DNA of 53,374 nucleotides, taken from NCBI GenBank assembly GCA_002689135.1, contig NZEU01000030.1:17677-71050 (forward strand). Direction: 5' to 3'. Each line of letters starts with the position of its first letter. Position 1 is the stretch's first letter. The notes under the pieces were generated by a model. That model did not search any database. It worked only from the letters and a program-made list of their open reading frames with translations, and had not been told where the DNA came from. Position numbers and translations under genes: made by a program. Shown here in pieces: positions 21,694-31,857 of this stretch. The stretch is from Porticoccaceae bacterium. GTDB lineage: Bacteria > Pseudomonadota > Gammaproteobacteria > Pseudomonadales > Porticoccaceae.

Positions 21694-22656
21694 GTGAAAA
21701 GTCTTTGTGTTGTTATGGATCCCATTGAAACGATTAATTTTGCCAAGGATACCACCCTTGGTCTACTAATGGCTGCCCAACGGGCAAATTTTCAATTATT
21801 TTACACTCTTCAACATCAGTTATTTCTCAGAGATAGTGAGCCTTATGCAGAGATGCGGCCGCTCAAAGTATTCGACGATTGCAATCGTTGGTATTCTTTG
21901 GGGTCGCCTCAATCGAGGCCACTATCGGAACTTAATGTTGTACTCATGCGGAAGGACCCTCCTTTTAATAATGAGTACCTCTACTCAACTTACATTCTAG
22001 AAGCCGCTGAGAGGCGTGGTTGCTTGGTGACGAATAGACCTGACTCTCTGCGAGACTGTAATGAAAAAGTATTCGCAACTCATTACCCTAATTGCACCCC
22101 GCCACTCTTGGTAAGTGGCGATCAAAAGCGTCTAAAAGAATTTGTAGTGGAGCACAATGATATCGTTTTAAAACCTTTGGATGGAATGGGAGGCACGTCA
22201 ATATTTAGAGTAAAACTGAACGATCCTAATTTAAATGTAATTTTAGAAACTCTAACTAAAAGGGGTCATCAAACGATCATGGCCCAGAGTTATATCCCTC
22301 AAATATCCGCTGGTGACAAACGAATTCTAATAGTGGGGGGTGAAATTGTTCCTCACTGCTTAGCCCGAGTACCAGAAAAAAATGATTTTCGAGGCAATCT
22401 GGCGGCTGGCGGCAAGGGAATTGTGCAACCTCTTACTTCAAGAGACCATTGGATAGCAAGTCAAATTGCCCCGAGTCTAGTGTCTCGGGGTCTTCTTTTC
22501 GTAGGCCTAGATATTATTGGCGACTTCTTAACGGAAATTAATGTTACTAGCCCGACGTGTGCAAGAGAAATCGAACGAGAAACAAATTTTGAAATTTGTA
22601 ACCAGTTTATCGAGGCGTTAGAAAAACAACTTTTGAAAAGGGCAAAGGAAAACTAA
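21694..22656 (+). CDS. gshB: Glutathione synthetase
   Basis: VMDPI..I...KDTT, MRKDPPF, KPLDGMGG, GDKRI, RGNLAAGG, EINVTSPT. Confidence 0.98.
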   Translation: MKSLCVVMDPIETINFAKDTTLGLLMAAQRANFQLFYTLQHQLFLRDSEPYAEMRPLKVFDDCNRWYSLGSPQSRPLSELNVVLMRKDPPFNNEYLYSTYILEAAERRGCLVTNRPDSLRDCNEKVFATHYPNCTPPLLVSGDQKRLKEFVVEHNDIVLKPLDGMGGTSIFRVKLNDPNLNVILETLTKRGHQTIMAQSYIPQISAGDKRILIVGGEIVPHCLARVPEKNDFRGNLAAGGKGIVQPLTSRDHWIASQIAPSLVSRGLLFVGLDIIGDFLTEINVTSPTCAREIERETNFEICNQFIEALEKQLLKRAKEN

Positions 22657-22730
22657 ATCACCAATTAATGTGCAAAAAAGATAGTATCTCTGCACTTGAG
22701 TTTTGTGAAACAAACCCTCATATTGAAACT

Positions 22731-23306
22731 ATGGAATCGACAAGTAGCAATTTCCCCAGCCTCAAGAATCATTTTCTTCTGGCCATGCCGGGACTCAGAG
22801 ATCCTCATTTTTCTCAGGCGGTGGTATACATCTGCGAGCATAGTGAAGAGGGGGCAATGGGTTTAGTTGTCAATAATCAGATGGATATCCCGGTCAAGGC
22901 TATTTTTGACCAACTTCAACTTGAGTATTCGGATATAACGAGCACTCCTCTTATTTTTTCTGGCGGTCCCGTACAAAGGGATCGTGGTTTTATTTTGCAC
23001 CAAAATTGTGCCCAAAAATGGGAATCCACTGTAGAAATATCAGAAGACATTAGCCTAACGGCCTCAAAAGACATTCTTAGCGACATCGCTCTCGGCAATG
23101 GACCGGAACACTCGTTAATTACACTTGGCTATTCTAGCTGGGCGCCAGGTCAGCTAGAAGAAGAACTAGTCCAAAATAGTTGGCTTACAGTTCCAGCCGA
23201 CTCAGCAATTATTTTCAATACTGAGTGTAAAAACAGAGCTCGCGCTGCTGCCTCTTCTATCGGCATAGATATAAACAAGCTCTCTTTTATCTCTGGTCAT
23301 GCTTAG
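22731..23306 (+). CDS. yqgE: YqgE/AlgH family protein
   Basis: HFLLAMP.L.DP.F, ICEH..EGAMG, GGPV..DRGFILH, LGY.SW..GQLE.E...N.WL; start could be 22668. Confidence 0.95.
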   Translation: MESTSSNFPSLKNHFLLAMPGLRDPHFSQAVVYICEHSEEGAMGLVVNNQMDIPVKAIFDQLQLEYSDITSTPLIFSGGPVQRDRGFILHQNCAQKWESTVEISEDISLTASKDILSDIALGNGPEHSLITLGYSSWAPGQLEEELVQNSWLTVPADSAIIFNTECKNRARAAASSIGIDINKLSFISGHA

Positions 23307-23718
23307 ACATGCTAGTTATCAGGCATTGATTGGTTTTGACTTTGGACTCAAGCGAATCGGGGTTGCCACTGCAAACACTACCACAAGGATTGCAACGCCT
23401 TTAACCATATTACATGCACAAAATGGAGTTCCCAACTGGACTGATATTTCTCTCATAATCGACGAGTGGTCCCCCGATTTGTTTGTAATCGGCCTCCCTC
23501 TGAACATGGATGATTCGGATGGAAGATTATGTAGTAGAGCGAAAAAATTTGCTCGACGCGTTTCAGCAAGATTCAATAAACGCGCTGTAATGGTAGATGA
23601 AAGGTTATCTAGTCATGAAGCAACAAAAATCCGTCCGAGCGGGAAAATTGACGATTTGGCGGCAACTTTTATCCTTGAAACGTGGCTCAATGCACCCTCT
23701 TCTGCCTCTAACCCCTAA
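23299..23718 (+). CDS. yqgF: YqgF/RuvX pre-16S rRNA nuclease
   Basis: GFDFGLKRIGVA, GLPLNMD, DERLSS.EA, D..AA..IL. Confidence 0.95.
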   Translation: MLRHASYQALIGFDFGLKRIGVATANTTTRIATPLTILHAQNGVPNWTDISLIIDEWSPDLFVIGLPLNMDDSDGRLCSRAKKFARRVSARFNKRAVMVDERLSSHEATKIRPSGKIDDLAATFILETWLNAPSSASNP

Positions 23719-23827
23719 CCGAAGTCTGTGCTAAAGTTTTGTATTAACTTAGCAAATCAATACACTTTGCCACAACGATGTTCAACAGCTGAGGTCTCAA
23801 TTTTCGTTTCAGAGCGTTTAAAATACT

Positions 23828-24535
23828 ATGACATCAATAACAAAATGTATCGAGAGAGTGAGAAAACGAATCGCAGATGCGGCTAGACGCGCTGGGCGAG
23901 AGGTTGATGAAATTCAACTAATAGCCGTCAGTAAAACAAGGAATTTAGATGATATCAGGTTCGCTGTTGCCTCTGACATCATGGATTTTGGGGAAAACTA
24001 CTTACAAGAGGCGCGGGGGAAAATAAGCGAGATTGGTCTCGATGGTCTAAAATGGCATTTTATTGGTACATTGCAGAAAAATAAAACTCAACAGGTAGCA
24101 AATCTATTTGATTGGGTACACAGCGTAGACCGAATCGAAATCGCAAAGCGTTTGAGTATGCATCGGGATATGCAATTGCCACCTTTAAATATCTGCCTTC
24201 AAATTAATATTGATAATGAGTCGACCAAATCTGGATTCAAGATCGAACAACTTTCAAAGACAGTTGAACAAGTTATTGAACTGCCGCAATTAGTCTTACG
24301 AGGTCTTATGGCAATTCCTGCGTCAAAAACGGCTGAAGTAGATCAACGTAGGGCTTTTGCAAAACTGCGACATACACAAGCTGCGATCAATAACGGATTG
24401 GATAGCAGTGATAAATTAGATACCCTATCCATGGGGATGTCACAAGATTTAGAGGCCGCTATCCTCGAAGGAGCAACTATAGTGCGTGTTGGCAGTGACA
24501 TTTTTGGTCCTCGACTGAAAGACGCAACAAATTAG
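23828..24535 (+). CDS. yggS: PLP homeostasis protein YggS
   Basis: LIAVSKT, FGENY.QE, WHFIG.LQ.NK, LRGLM.IP, LSMGMS.D.E.AI..GAT.VRVG. Confidence 0.97.
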   Translation: MTSITKCIERVRKRIADAARRAGREVDEIQLIAVSKTRNLDDIRFAVASDIMDFGENYLQEARGKISEIGLDGLKWHFIGTLQKNKTQQVANLFDWVHSVDRIEIAKRLSMHRDMQLPPLNICLQINIDNESTKSGFKIEQLSKTVEQVIELPQLVLRGLMAIPASKTAEVDQRRAFAKLRHTQAAINNGLDSSDKLDTLSMGMSQDLEAAILEGATIVRVGSDIFGPRLKDATN

Positions 24536-24544
24536 GGATATATA

Positions 24545-25372
24545 TTGACGGATCAAATCTACAAAATCGCGTTCATTGGCGGAGGAAATATGGCTTCCGC
24601 TTTAATAAACGGTCTAATAAGTAATGGGTATCCAAGCACAGAGATACTTGTCAGCGATCCGAACGAAGACGCGAAGAACAGCCTTAGCGAACAGCATCAT
24701 ATTCAATGTATGAGTGATAACAAATCTGCTGTCCGTATTGCAGATCTAATAATACTTGCGGTTAAACCACAAATATTGAAGGAAGTAGCCTCAGAATTAT
24801 CTAAAGTAATACAAATTCAAAAAGTTGTAGTCTCCATTGCTGCGGGAGTGTCTATAAGCGCATTACAAAATTGGTTTGGTAAAAATATTCCAATTGTTCG
24901 TTCAATGCCAAACACACCTACGATGCTTGGACTAGGCGCAACCGGAATGTATGCCAACCGTCATGTAACTGCTGAAAAATGTTCACTGGTAGAACGAATT
25001 TTCAACACTGTTGGTTATTCCTGCTGGCTCGATTCTGAAAAAGATATAGATTCGGTAACGGCAGTCTCTGGGAGCTCTCCTGCGTACTTTTTTTTCATCT
25101 TTGAGATAATGCAACGAGTTGCAGAAGATTTCGGTCTAAGCCCCCGCGCCGCAAAAAATCTAATATTACGAACTGCAAAGGGCTCAGTTGAAATGGCGCT
25201 CAATTCTGACTCAGAGGTAAGTGAGCTTCGGCGTCAGGTAACTTCACCTAAGGGAACGACGGAGCAAGCCATAGCTTCACTGCAGTCGGGTAATCTAGAC
25301 CAGCTAATTCACCAAGCAATGAAGGCGGCTTTGAAGAGAGCGCAAGAACTTTCCGAGGAATATGGACAATAA
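24545..25372 (+). CDS. proC: Pyrroline-5-carboxylate reductase
   Basis: FIGGGNMA, LAVKPQ, SIAAG, R.MPNTP, SGSSPAY, VTSPKGTT. Confidence 0.98.
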   Translation: MTDQIYKIAFIGGGNMASALINGLISNGYPSTEILVSDPNEDAKNSLSEQHHIQCMSDNKSAVRIADLIILAVKPQILKEVASELSKVIQIQKVVVSIAAGVSISALQNWFGKNIPIVRSMPNTPTMLGLGATGMYANRHVTAEKCSLVERIFNTVGYSCWLDSEKDIDSVTAVSGSSPAYFFFIFEIMQRVAEDFGLSPRAAKNLILRTAKGSVEMALNSDSEVSELRRQVTSPKGTTEQAIASLQSGNLDQLIHQAMKAALKRAQELSEEYGQ

Positions 25373-25400
25373 TCTAATCATTTAAAAGGTGTAGGTTTTC

Positions 25401-25973
25401 ATGAGCGCGTTTAACGAATTGGCCCAGAACCTGATACATATTGCTTTGCAATTATGCAGTTTTTTAATGCTATTACGTCTTCTTCTGCAGTGGGTACAAG
25501 CAGACTTTTTTAATCCGCTATCCCAATCGATTTTCAAAATTACGGCACCTCTGGTCGAACCCCTCCATCGGTTCTTTCCCACCCTCGGCACCTTTAACAC
25601 AGCCGCATTGATAGGCGCATTTGTGTTCAAGTGGATCTACGTGTGTATTTTGATATTAACCGGTCAGAGACTTTTCAACGAACTTCCAAGTTATCTCCTA
25701 ATTTCAATTTATGAAGTTATTGTCAGCTTAGTGGATATTTATTTTTGGGGGATAATCATTATAGCCGTCGCTAGCTGGCTCGATGCGTTACAACATCCAC
25801 ACATAAGCCTGATAAGCCAGATAGTAGATCCTTATCTGCGCCCATTTAGACGCCTAATTCCTCCAATAGGAATACTTGACATTTCATCGATGGTTGCTCT
25901 AATTGGCTTAATAATAATCAGGGATCGAATCTTGCCAACATTTAAATATACGATAGAGTCCATTCTATTTTGA
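25401..25973 (+). CDS. yggT: YggT family membrane protein
   Basis: ADFFNPLSQ.I.KIT.P and P.L.PFRRLIPP.G.LD.S repeats; follows proC. Confidence 0.93.
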   Translation: MSAFNELAQNLIHIALQLCSFLMLLRLLLQWVQADFFNPLSQSIFKITAPLVEPLHRFFPTLGTFNTAALIGAFVFKWIYVCILILTGQRLFNELPSYLLISIYEVIVSLVDIYFWGIIIIAVASWLDALQHPHISLISQIVDPYLRPFRRLIPPIGILDISSMVALIGLIIIRDRILPTFKYTIESILF

Positions 25974-25986
25974 CCTAAACTTTTGT

Positions 25987-27039
25987 TTAAACTGCGGGGT
26001 CAGGGTAACAAGAATGCACCTCCTCTATATCTTTCAAAACGGCCGCTGAAAGATTAACTGTGTGAGCATCAATGTTTTCTTGGAGTTGCCGAATAGTTGT
26101 AGCCCCAACTAAGCAACTGGCCAAAAATGGTTGTTGAAGAACGAAAGCCAATGACATCTGAGCCAAAGATAAGCCATGTTTTTTTGCAATCTCTGCATAC
26201 GCTTCTGTTACGGAAAACACTAATTTGCTACTGTACCTAGTGAAGCGTTTGAACAGCGCCAAGCGAGAATTTTCTGGCATCTTATTCTGCAAATACTTTC
26301 CACTCAGAACTCCGAAGGCCATCGGCGAATACGCTAGCAACCCAACCGACTCCCTAAGACCCATCTCAGCTAAACCAATTTCGTATTGCCGCGTGAGTAA
26401 ATTATAAGGGTTCTGTAAACTAACGATTTTCGGTAAGCCATGTTTTTCTGAACAGCGGAGGTATTCCATCAAACCCCATGACGTTTCATTGGAAATACCA
26501 ACATACTTGATTAACCCTTCATTCACTAATTCACCCAACGCCTCCAAACTCTCCAAAATCGACACGCCATCATGTTTAGGATTATGAAGGTAACCTCGCT
26601 TCCCAAAAACGTTACAGTCTCTTTCAGGCCAATGGACTTGGTAAAGATCAAGATAATCGGTACGAAGGCGCACCAACGAGTCCTCTACTGCTCTCCTAAT
26701 ATTATCGCGATTTAAATTCGAGCCACCTCTAATATATTCGGCGTTAGGGGTATTTAATCCAGTTGATCTACCAATTACTTTCGTAGCCAAAACAATCTCA
26801 TTCCTACAATCTCTATCAGCCAACCAATTCCCTATGTAGCGCTCAGTCAATCCGTAAGTCTCAGGACGGGGCGGCACTGGATACAACTCAGCCGCATCAA
26901 ATAAATTAATACCGCGCGACTTTGCAAAATCCATTTGTTCGAATGCCTCACGCTCGTTATTTTGTTGTCCCCATGTCATTGTTCCTAGACCAACGACCGA
27001 AACGCGGGGGCCATTTCCCCCCAAACAGTTGTAACGCAT
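25987..27039 (-). CDS. tas: NADP(H)-dependent aldo-keto reductase, Tas-like
   Basis: GLGTMTWGQQN, D.AE.YPVPP, LATK, DLYQ.HWP.R, G.SNET.WG, QNPYNLL, LAYSP.AFG.LSGKY. Confidence 0.92.
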   Translation of the reverse strand: MRYNCLGGNGPRVSVVGLGTMTWGQQNNEREAFEQMDFAKSRGINLFDAAELYPVPPRPETYGLTERYIGNWLADRDCRNEIVLATKVIGRSTGLNTPNAEYIRGGSNLNRDNIRRAVEDSLVRLRTDYLDLYQVHWPERDCNVFGKRGYLHNPKHDGVSILESLEALGELVNEGLIKYVGISNETSWGLMEYLRCSEKHGLPKIVSLQNPYNLLTRQYEIGLAEMGLRESVGLLAYSPMAFGVLSGKYLQNKMPENSRLALFKRFTRYSSKLVFSVTEAYAEIAKKHGLSLAQMSLAFVLQQPFLASCLVGATTIRQLQENIDAHTVNLSAAVLKDIEEVHSCYPDPAV

Positions 27040-27149
27040 ATCCCCTCCGAAGAATAATATAAATAAAAAATAATCTTTTCATAATAACAAAAACTTCCGA
27101 ATTTTCGTTGTACAATATAAGCTCGTCAGTAAATTAGTAAGCTATAAAT

Positions 27150-28316
27150 TTGGTTACCAAGATAGTTTCCAATCCTCCCGATACATCCAATTTAGGAGAG
27201 ATCCAAGCGGAAGTGGTCCATATTACCGAACCACTTGAGCTATTATCTGGTCAAAGATTGTTAGATCACGTTCTGTGCGTGGAAACCTATGGCCAACTTA
27301 ACAAAAATAAATCTAATGCGGTGCTAATTTGTCATGCACTGACCGGTAGCCACCATGCGGCTGGATGGCACGCTGGTGACAAAAAACCAGGCTGGTGGGA
27401 CAGCATAATTGGTCCGGGCAAGTCAATAGATACTGAGCAATTTTTTGTGGTAAGCCCAAGTAATATAGGCACGTGTCACGGTAGCACGGGGCCACTTTCA
27501 ATTAATCCTAAGACGAATTCAGCCTGGGGACCAAATTTCCCAAAACTACACATCAGCGATTGGACGGCCTCGCAAAGAATGCTTATGGACCATTACAAAA
27601 TAAAATGTTGGGCAGCAGTTGTTGGAGGAAGTCTTGGGGGTATGCAAGCAATGCACTGGTCTGTAGCTTATCCTAGCAGATTATTAAGCGCAATCGTGAT
27701 TGCCTCCGCAATGAAGTTATCCGCACAGAACATTGCTTTCAATGAAATTGCGCGGCGAGCGATAAAGGAAGATCCTGATTTTCTTAAAGGGTATTATCAT
27801 GAAAACAAAAAAAAACCTCTCAAAGGCCTCGCACTAGCTCGAATGATCGGACACGTGACCTATTTATCCGATTTATCTATGGCTGAAAAATTTGGTCGAG
27901 AGTTGCGTAATGGTGATTTTCTTGACGAAAAATCAGAATCTGTTGAGTTTAAAATTGAGAGCTATCTCAACTATCAAGGCGACAAATTCGCATATGAATT
28001 TGATGCGAACTCTTACATACTTTTGACGAAAATGTTGGACTATTTTGATCTCGCTCTTGAATATAATAACGAACCTAGTACCGCTTTTGAGCTCGCAAGC
28101 TGTAAATTTTTAGTTCTTACTTTCAGTAGCGACTGGAGATTTCCTCCTGAGCGATCGAGAGAAATAACAAAAGCTCTGATTACCGCGGGACGCGATGTCA
28201 CACACGCAGAAATTTCTTCATCTCAGGGACATGACGCATTTTTACTTCCTAACTCGAGATATCAAAAAATTTTTAGTACCTTCTTACAGCGAATAGCATC
28301 AAACGTTAATTACTAA
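27150..28316 (+). CDS. metX: Homoserine O-acyltransferase MetX (acetyl vs succinyl not resolved)
   Basis: ICHALTGSHH.AG, GWWD..IGPGK, GGSLGGMQ nucleophile elbow, GHDAFL; followed by metW. Confidence 0.96.
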   Translation: MVTKIVSNPPDTSNLGEIQAEVVHITEPLELLSGQRLLDHVLCVETYGQLNKNKSNAVLICHALTGSHHAAGWHAGDKKPGWWDSIIGPGKSIDTEQFFVVSPSNIGTCHGSTGPLSINPKTNSAWGPNFPKLHISDWTASQRMLMDHYKIKCWAAVVGGSLGGMQAMHWSVAYPSRLLSAIVIASAMKLSAQNIAFNEIARRAIKEDPDFLKGYYHENKKKPLKGLALARMIGHVTYLSDLSMAEKFGRELRNGDFLDEKSESVEFKIESYLNYQGDKFAYEFDANSYILLTKMLDYFDLALEYNNEPSTAFELASCKFLVLTFSSDWRFPPERSREITKALITAGRDVTHAEISSSQGHDAFLLPNSRYQKIFSTFLQRIASNVNY

Positions 28317-28319
28317 ACT

Positions 28320-28910
28320 ATGGAAAAAATACTAGATTCAATACTTCCTTGGATACAATCTAATAGTCGAGTGCTTGATCTGGCTTGCGGAGACGGTAGC
28401 CTTTTAGAAAAAATACAAAAAGTCCGTCAAATAAATGGCTATGGGTTAGAGATTGATGAGAAATCTATTATAGAGTGTATTGGAAAGGGTATAAACGTTA
28501 TAGAACAAGATCTCGATACCGGATTAAGCAACTTTGCCGACAATTGCTTTGACAGTATAATTATTTGTGAGGCGCTTCAAGAAATGCGTCACCCAAATCT
28601 TCTTCTCAGTGAAATGTTGCGTGTTGGTCGCGAGTGCATTATAACTTTTCCTAATTTTGGTCACTGGTCAGCACGTTGCCAGTTATTTTTTCTGGGCAAA
28701 ATGCCTGTTACGCGTCAACTATCTTACCAATGGTATGAAACACCAAACATACATTTTTTTACTTATCGCGATTTTAAAATGCTATGTGAAGCTCAAAACA
28801 TCCGTATCTTACATTATTATTGCATCGCTGAGGCATACCCCGATGTTTACCTGAAAAAAATTTTCCCGAACTTATTCACACAAACAGCAGTTTTCCATTT
28901 AAGTCTGTAA
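28320..28910 (+). CDS. metW: Methionine biosynthesis protein MetW
   Basis: RVLDL.CGDG.LL, V.EQDLD.GL, FPNFGHW..R, WY.TPNIH. Confidence 0.96.
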   Translation: MEKILDSILPWIQSNSRVLDLACGDGSLLEKIQKVRQINGYGLEIDEKSIIECIGKGINVIEQDLDTGLSNFADNCFDSIIICEALQEMRHPNLLLSEMLRVGRECIITFPNFGHWSARCQLFFLGKMPVTRQLSYQWYETPNIHFFTYRDFKMLCEAQNIRILHYYCIAEAYPDVYLKKIFPNLFTQTAVFHLSL

Positions 28911-28938
28911 ACAACTACCATCAGGAATTCCAACAGCC

Positions 28939-29358
28939 ATGCTTTATCGTATCCTGCTCGTTACTTTGGTTACAATGTCTTTAGGACATGCGGAATCATT
29001 TAGACAATATGGCAAGCTAAAAATCTTTTATAGCGCTTTCCCAAGCGCATTTATCACTGCAGATATTGCACAAAAAAATAATATCGTGCGCGGAATAAAT
29101 CGTGGAATTGTCAACATCTCGGCTATGAGGCACCTAAGCAACGGTCTCCCCGCTACCGTCACAGGTAGAGTGTCAAATATAATGCAACAAAACCAGACGC
29201 TAAGTTTTAAAACGATCCGCGAGGGGACATCAATATATTACATCGCACCTTTCAAGTTCGAAAATGAAGACTATTTAACCTTTAGGGTGAAACTAGAAAT
29301 GGGTACCAGCGAACAATATGACATTAAGTTTCAAAAGCTCATGTATATTGACAAGTAA
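28939..29358 (+). CDS. DUF4426 family exported protein
   Basis: Signal peptide, YSAF.S.F.T..IA....I.R, L.F..IREG.SIYY.A.F; conserved position between metW and rdgB. Confidence 0.85.
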   Translation: MLYRILLVTLVTMSLGHAESFRQYGKLKIFYSAFPSAFITADIAQKNNIVRGINRGIVNISAMRHLSNGLPATVTGRVSNIMQQNQTLSFKTIREGTSIYYIAPFKFENEDYLTFRVKLEMGTSEQYDIKFQKLMYIDK

Positions 29359-29379
29359 ATTTTGGAGCGCGTATCTAGC

Positions 29380-29991
29380 ATGAAAGTGGTCTTAGCAAGT
29401 AACAATCAAGGAAAAATTAAAGAGTTTCAAAAAATCCTCAGCAAGGTCGGAATAAACATCACGCCCCAAAAAGAATTTTACGTTGATTCCGCTGATGAAA
29501 CAGGCTTGACCTTCGTGGAAAATGCCATTTTAAAAGCTCGACATGCATCTAGACAGACCACATTACCTGCAATAGCAGACGATTCAGGGCTTCAGGTAGA
29601 CTTTCTCAAAGGGGCGCCAGGTATTTATTCTGCGCGATTTGCAGGGGAAAAAGCATCTGATGAGGAAAACAATGACTATCTTCTACAGCGTTTAGCGACA
29701 GTACCCAAACCACTCCGCACAGCACGATATCAGGCTGTGATTGTTTTTCTTAAACATTATGCAGATCCCAAACCAATTATTTGTGAAGCACACTGGGAAG
29801 GTCTTATCGCTACCGATCATCAAGGTAATGGCGGCTTTGGATACGATCCCCTCTTCATTCCATCTGGTCAAACACTGAGCGCCGCAGAAATGAAAGCGGA
29901 TGCAAAAAACAAAGTCAGTCATCGAGGCCGTGCACTATCAAAACTTATAGACTATTTTGCTGATTCTCAACATATATTGTGTCAAACATAA
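29380..29991 (+). CDS. rdgB: dITP/XTP pyrophosphatase
   Basis: LASNN.GK..E, ETG.TF.ENA..KA, ADDSGL, PGIYSAR, GFGYDP.F, SHRG.A. Confidence 0.97.
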   Translation: MKVVLASNNQGKIKEFQKILSKVGINITPQKEFYVDSADETGLTFVENAILKARHASRQTTLPAIADDSGLQVDFLKGAPGIYSARFAGEKASDEENNDYLLQRLATVPKPLRTARYQAVIVFLKHYADPKPIICEAHWEGLIATDHQGNGGFGYDPLFIPSGQTLSAAEMKADAKNKVSHRGRALSKLIDYFADSQHILCQT

Positions 29992-31166
29992 ATAACCCAG
30001 GGAATGTGACGTTGCGTCCGCCACCGTTAGCCATGTACATCCATATTCCGTGGTGCTCTAAAAAATGTCCTTATTGCGACTTCAATTCGCACGAAAGTCC
30101 CAGAAAAATTCCAGAAAAAGAATATGTCGATGCCTTGATCGCTGATATTAAGAACGATTTACACCTCGCACAAGGCAGAAAATTAAGCTCCTTATTTTTT
30201 GGTGGCGGCACTCCAAGCCTTTTTACAGGGTCTTCCATAAGCACAGTGATAAAATGTGCAGAGAAATTGATTGGATTCACCGACGACGTAGAGATTACGC
30301 TAGAAGCAAATCCAGAAAGTGTGAATCTGCAAAAGTTCCAAGATTTTTGCAAGGCCGGTGTCAATCGAATTTCGATAGGAATACAAACGTTCAATGATCA
30401 ACAATTAAATCTACTTGGTCGCCTGCACTCAAGTTACTCTGCCACAAAAGCAATAGAAATTGCGAGATCTGCCGGCTTTAATAGGATAAACATAGATTTA
30501 ATGCACGGATTAAAAGAACAAAACGTCTCTAATGCTCTGAAGGATTTGCAATTCGCCATCTCATCAGAAGTCGAACACATATCTTGGTACCAACTTACTA
30601 TCGAAAAAAACACCAAGTTTTTTAATGATCCTCCAAAACTGCCAGATTGTCGACTTATATCAGAAATTCAGGATCATGGTTGTCAATTGTTGGCAAGATA
30701 TGGTTACGAGCAGTATGAGATTTCGAGTTTTGCGAAGCAAAGAAAGCGGTGTACTCACAACCAGAATTATTGGGAATTTGGCGATTACATTGGCATCGGA
30801 GCCGGTGCACATGGAAAAATAACGCTAAATCATGAACAAACCTTATTACGCACTTTTCGAACGAGGCAACCAAACGACTATCTCAAGCATAAAAACAGGG
30901 GAGAAAAAAAAAGTATAGTTGTCGAGGTACCACAGCGTCCTTTAGAATTTATGATGAATGTCCTCAGATTGAAGAATGGAGTTCCATTAAAATATTTTCC
31001 GGAACGAACGGGACTGCAAGAAAGTTATATATCGAAAATCGTCACTAATCTAAAGAAAGAAGGTTTGCTGGTTGATACAGAAACACAATTGTTGACCACA
31101 TCACTTGGTTTTCGTTTTTTAGATACCATACTGGACAGATTTGTGCGGTCACATGGTGAATCGTGA
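29979..31166 (+). CDS. hemW: Radical SAM heme chaperone HemW
   Basis: YIHIPWC..KC.YCDFNS, FGGGTPS, EANP, HN..YW..GDY.GIG.GAHG; follows rdgB; start could be 30006. Confidence 0.95.
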   Translation: MSNINNPGNVTLRPPPLAMYIHIPWCSKKCPYCDFNSHESPRKIPEKEYVDALIADIKNDLHLAQGRKLSSLFFGGGTPSLFTGSSISTVIKCAEKLIGFTDDVEITLEANPESVNLQKFQDFCKAGVNRISIGIQTFNDQQLNLLGRLHSSYSATKAIEIARSAGFNRINIDLMHGLKEQNVSNALKDLQFAISSEVEHISWYQLTIEKNTKFFNDPPKLPDCRLISEIQDHGCQLLARYGYEQYEISSFAKQRKRCTHNQNYWEFGDYIGIGAGAHGKITLNHEQTLLRTFRTRQPNDYLKHKNRGEKKSIVVEVPQRPLEFMMNVLRLKNGVPLKYFPERTGLQESYISKIVTNLKKEGLLVDTETQLLTTSLGFRFLDTILDRFVRSHGES

Positions 31167-31323
31167 TCGTTGGAGAGTTAGCGCTCGCGTGGAAGAAGCT
31201 CTAACAAAGACCAAATAGCTGTAGCTGAGCAAATACAATAGAGGCCCTTGTCGTATTAAGATTTCAAGTGGTATTATACACTTCAATCCGGGGATGGTGC
31301 GACAGTTAAATGGAGAGTATTGA

Positions 31324-31650
31324 ATGAATGAGAGCCCAATCAATGTTACTGATACAAGTTTCGAGACAGATGTTTTAGAGTCCGATGTGCCCGCGCTGAT
31401 TGATTTTTGGGCGCCTTGGTGTGGACCATGCAAGATGGTCGCTCCGCTCCTAAATGAAATCTCGGTAGAATACGCGGGAAAACTAAAAGTATGTAAAATT
31501 GACGTTGATAGCAACACTGAAACTGCGGCGAAATACAACGTCAGGGGAATTCCTACATTACTTGCATTTAAAAATGGAAATATCGAGGGAACCAAAGTAG
31601 GTGCGTTGTCAAAAAATCAACTAGTTGAATTCGTAGAGAGCTTCGTTTAA
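31324..31650 (+). CDS. trxA: Thioredoxin 1
   Basis: [17 protein letters not shown]; upstream of rho. Confidence 0.98.
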   Translation: MNESPINVTDTSFETDVLESDVPALIDFWAPWCGPCKMVAPLLNEISVEYAGKLKVCKIDVDSNTETAAKYNVRGIPTLLAFKNGNIEGTKVGALSKNQLVEFVESFV

Positions 31651-31857
31651 CAAAGGAGTTGTGTCGATCCGTAGGTTGATGAGAAAAAGTAGTTGTTATT
31701 CTTGCTAGTTCAGTTATACTTATTAGGATCAACTCTTATATAATCCCGAGAATTTTGTGATGCGCCCTTCCTTTCACGTGAAGGACAGTGTCAAGTTTAC
31801 TGTTAAAAAGATTCGACAGCTCTTAATTATCCTGTTTCGCAAGTAAAAAGTCTCTTT

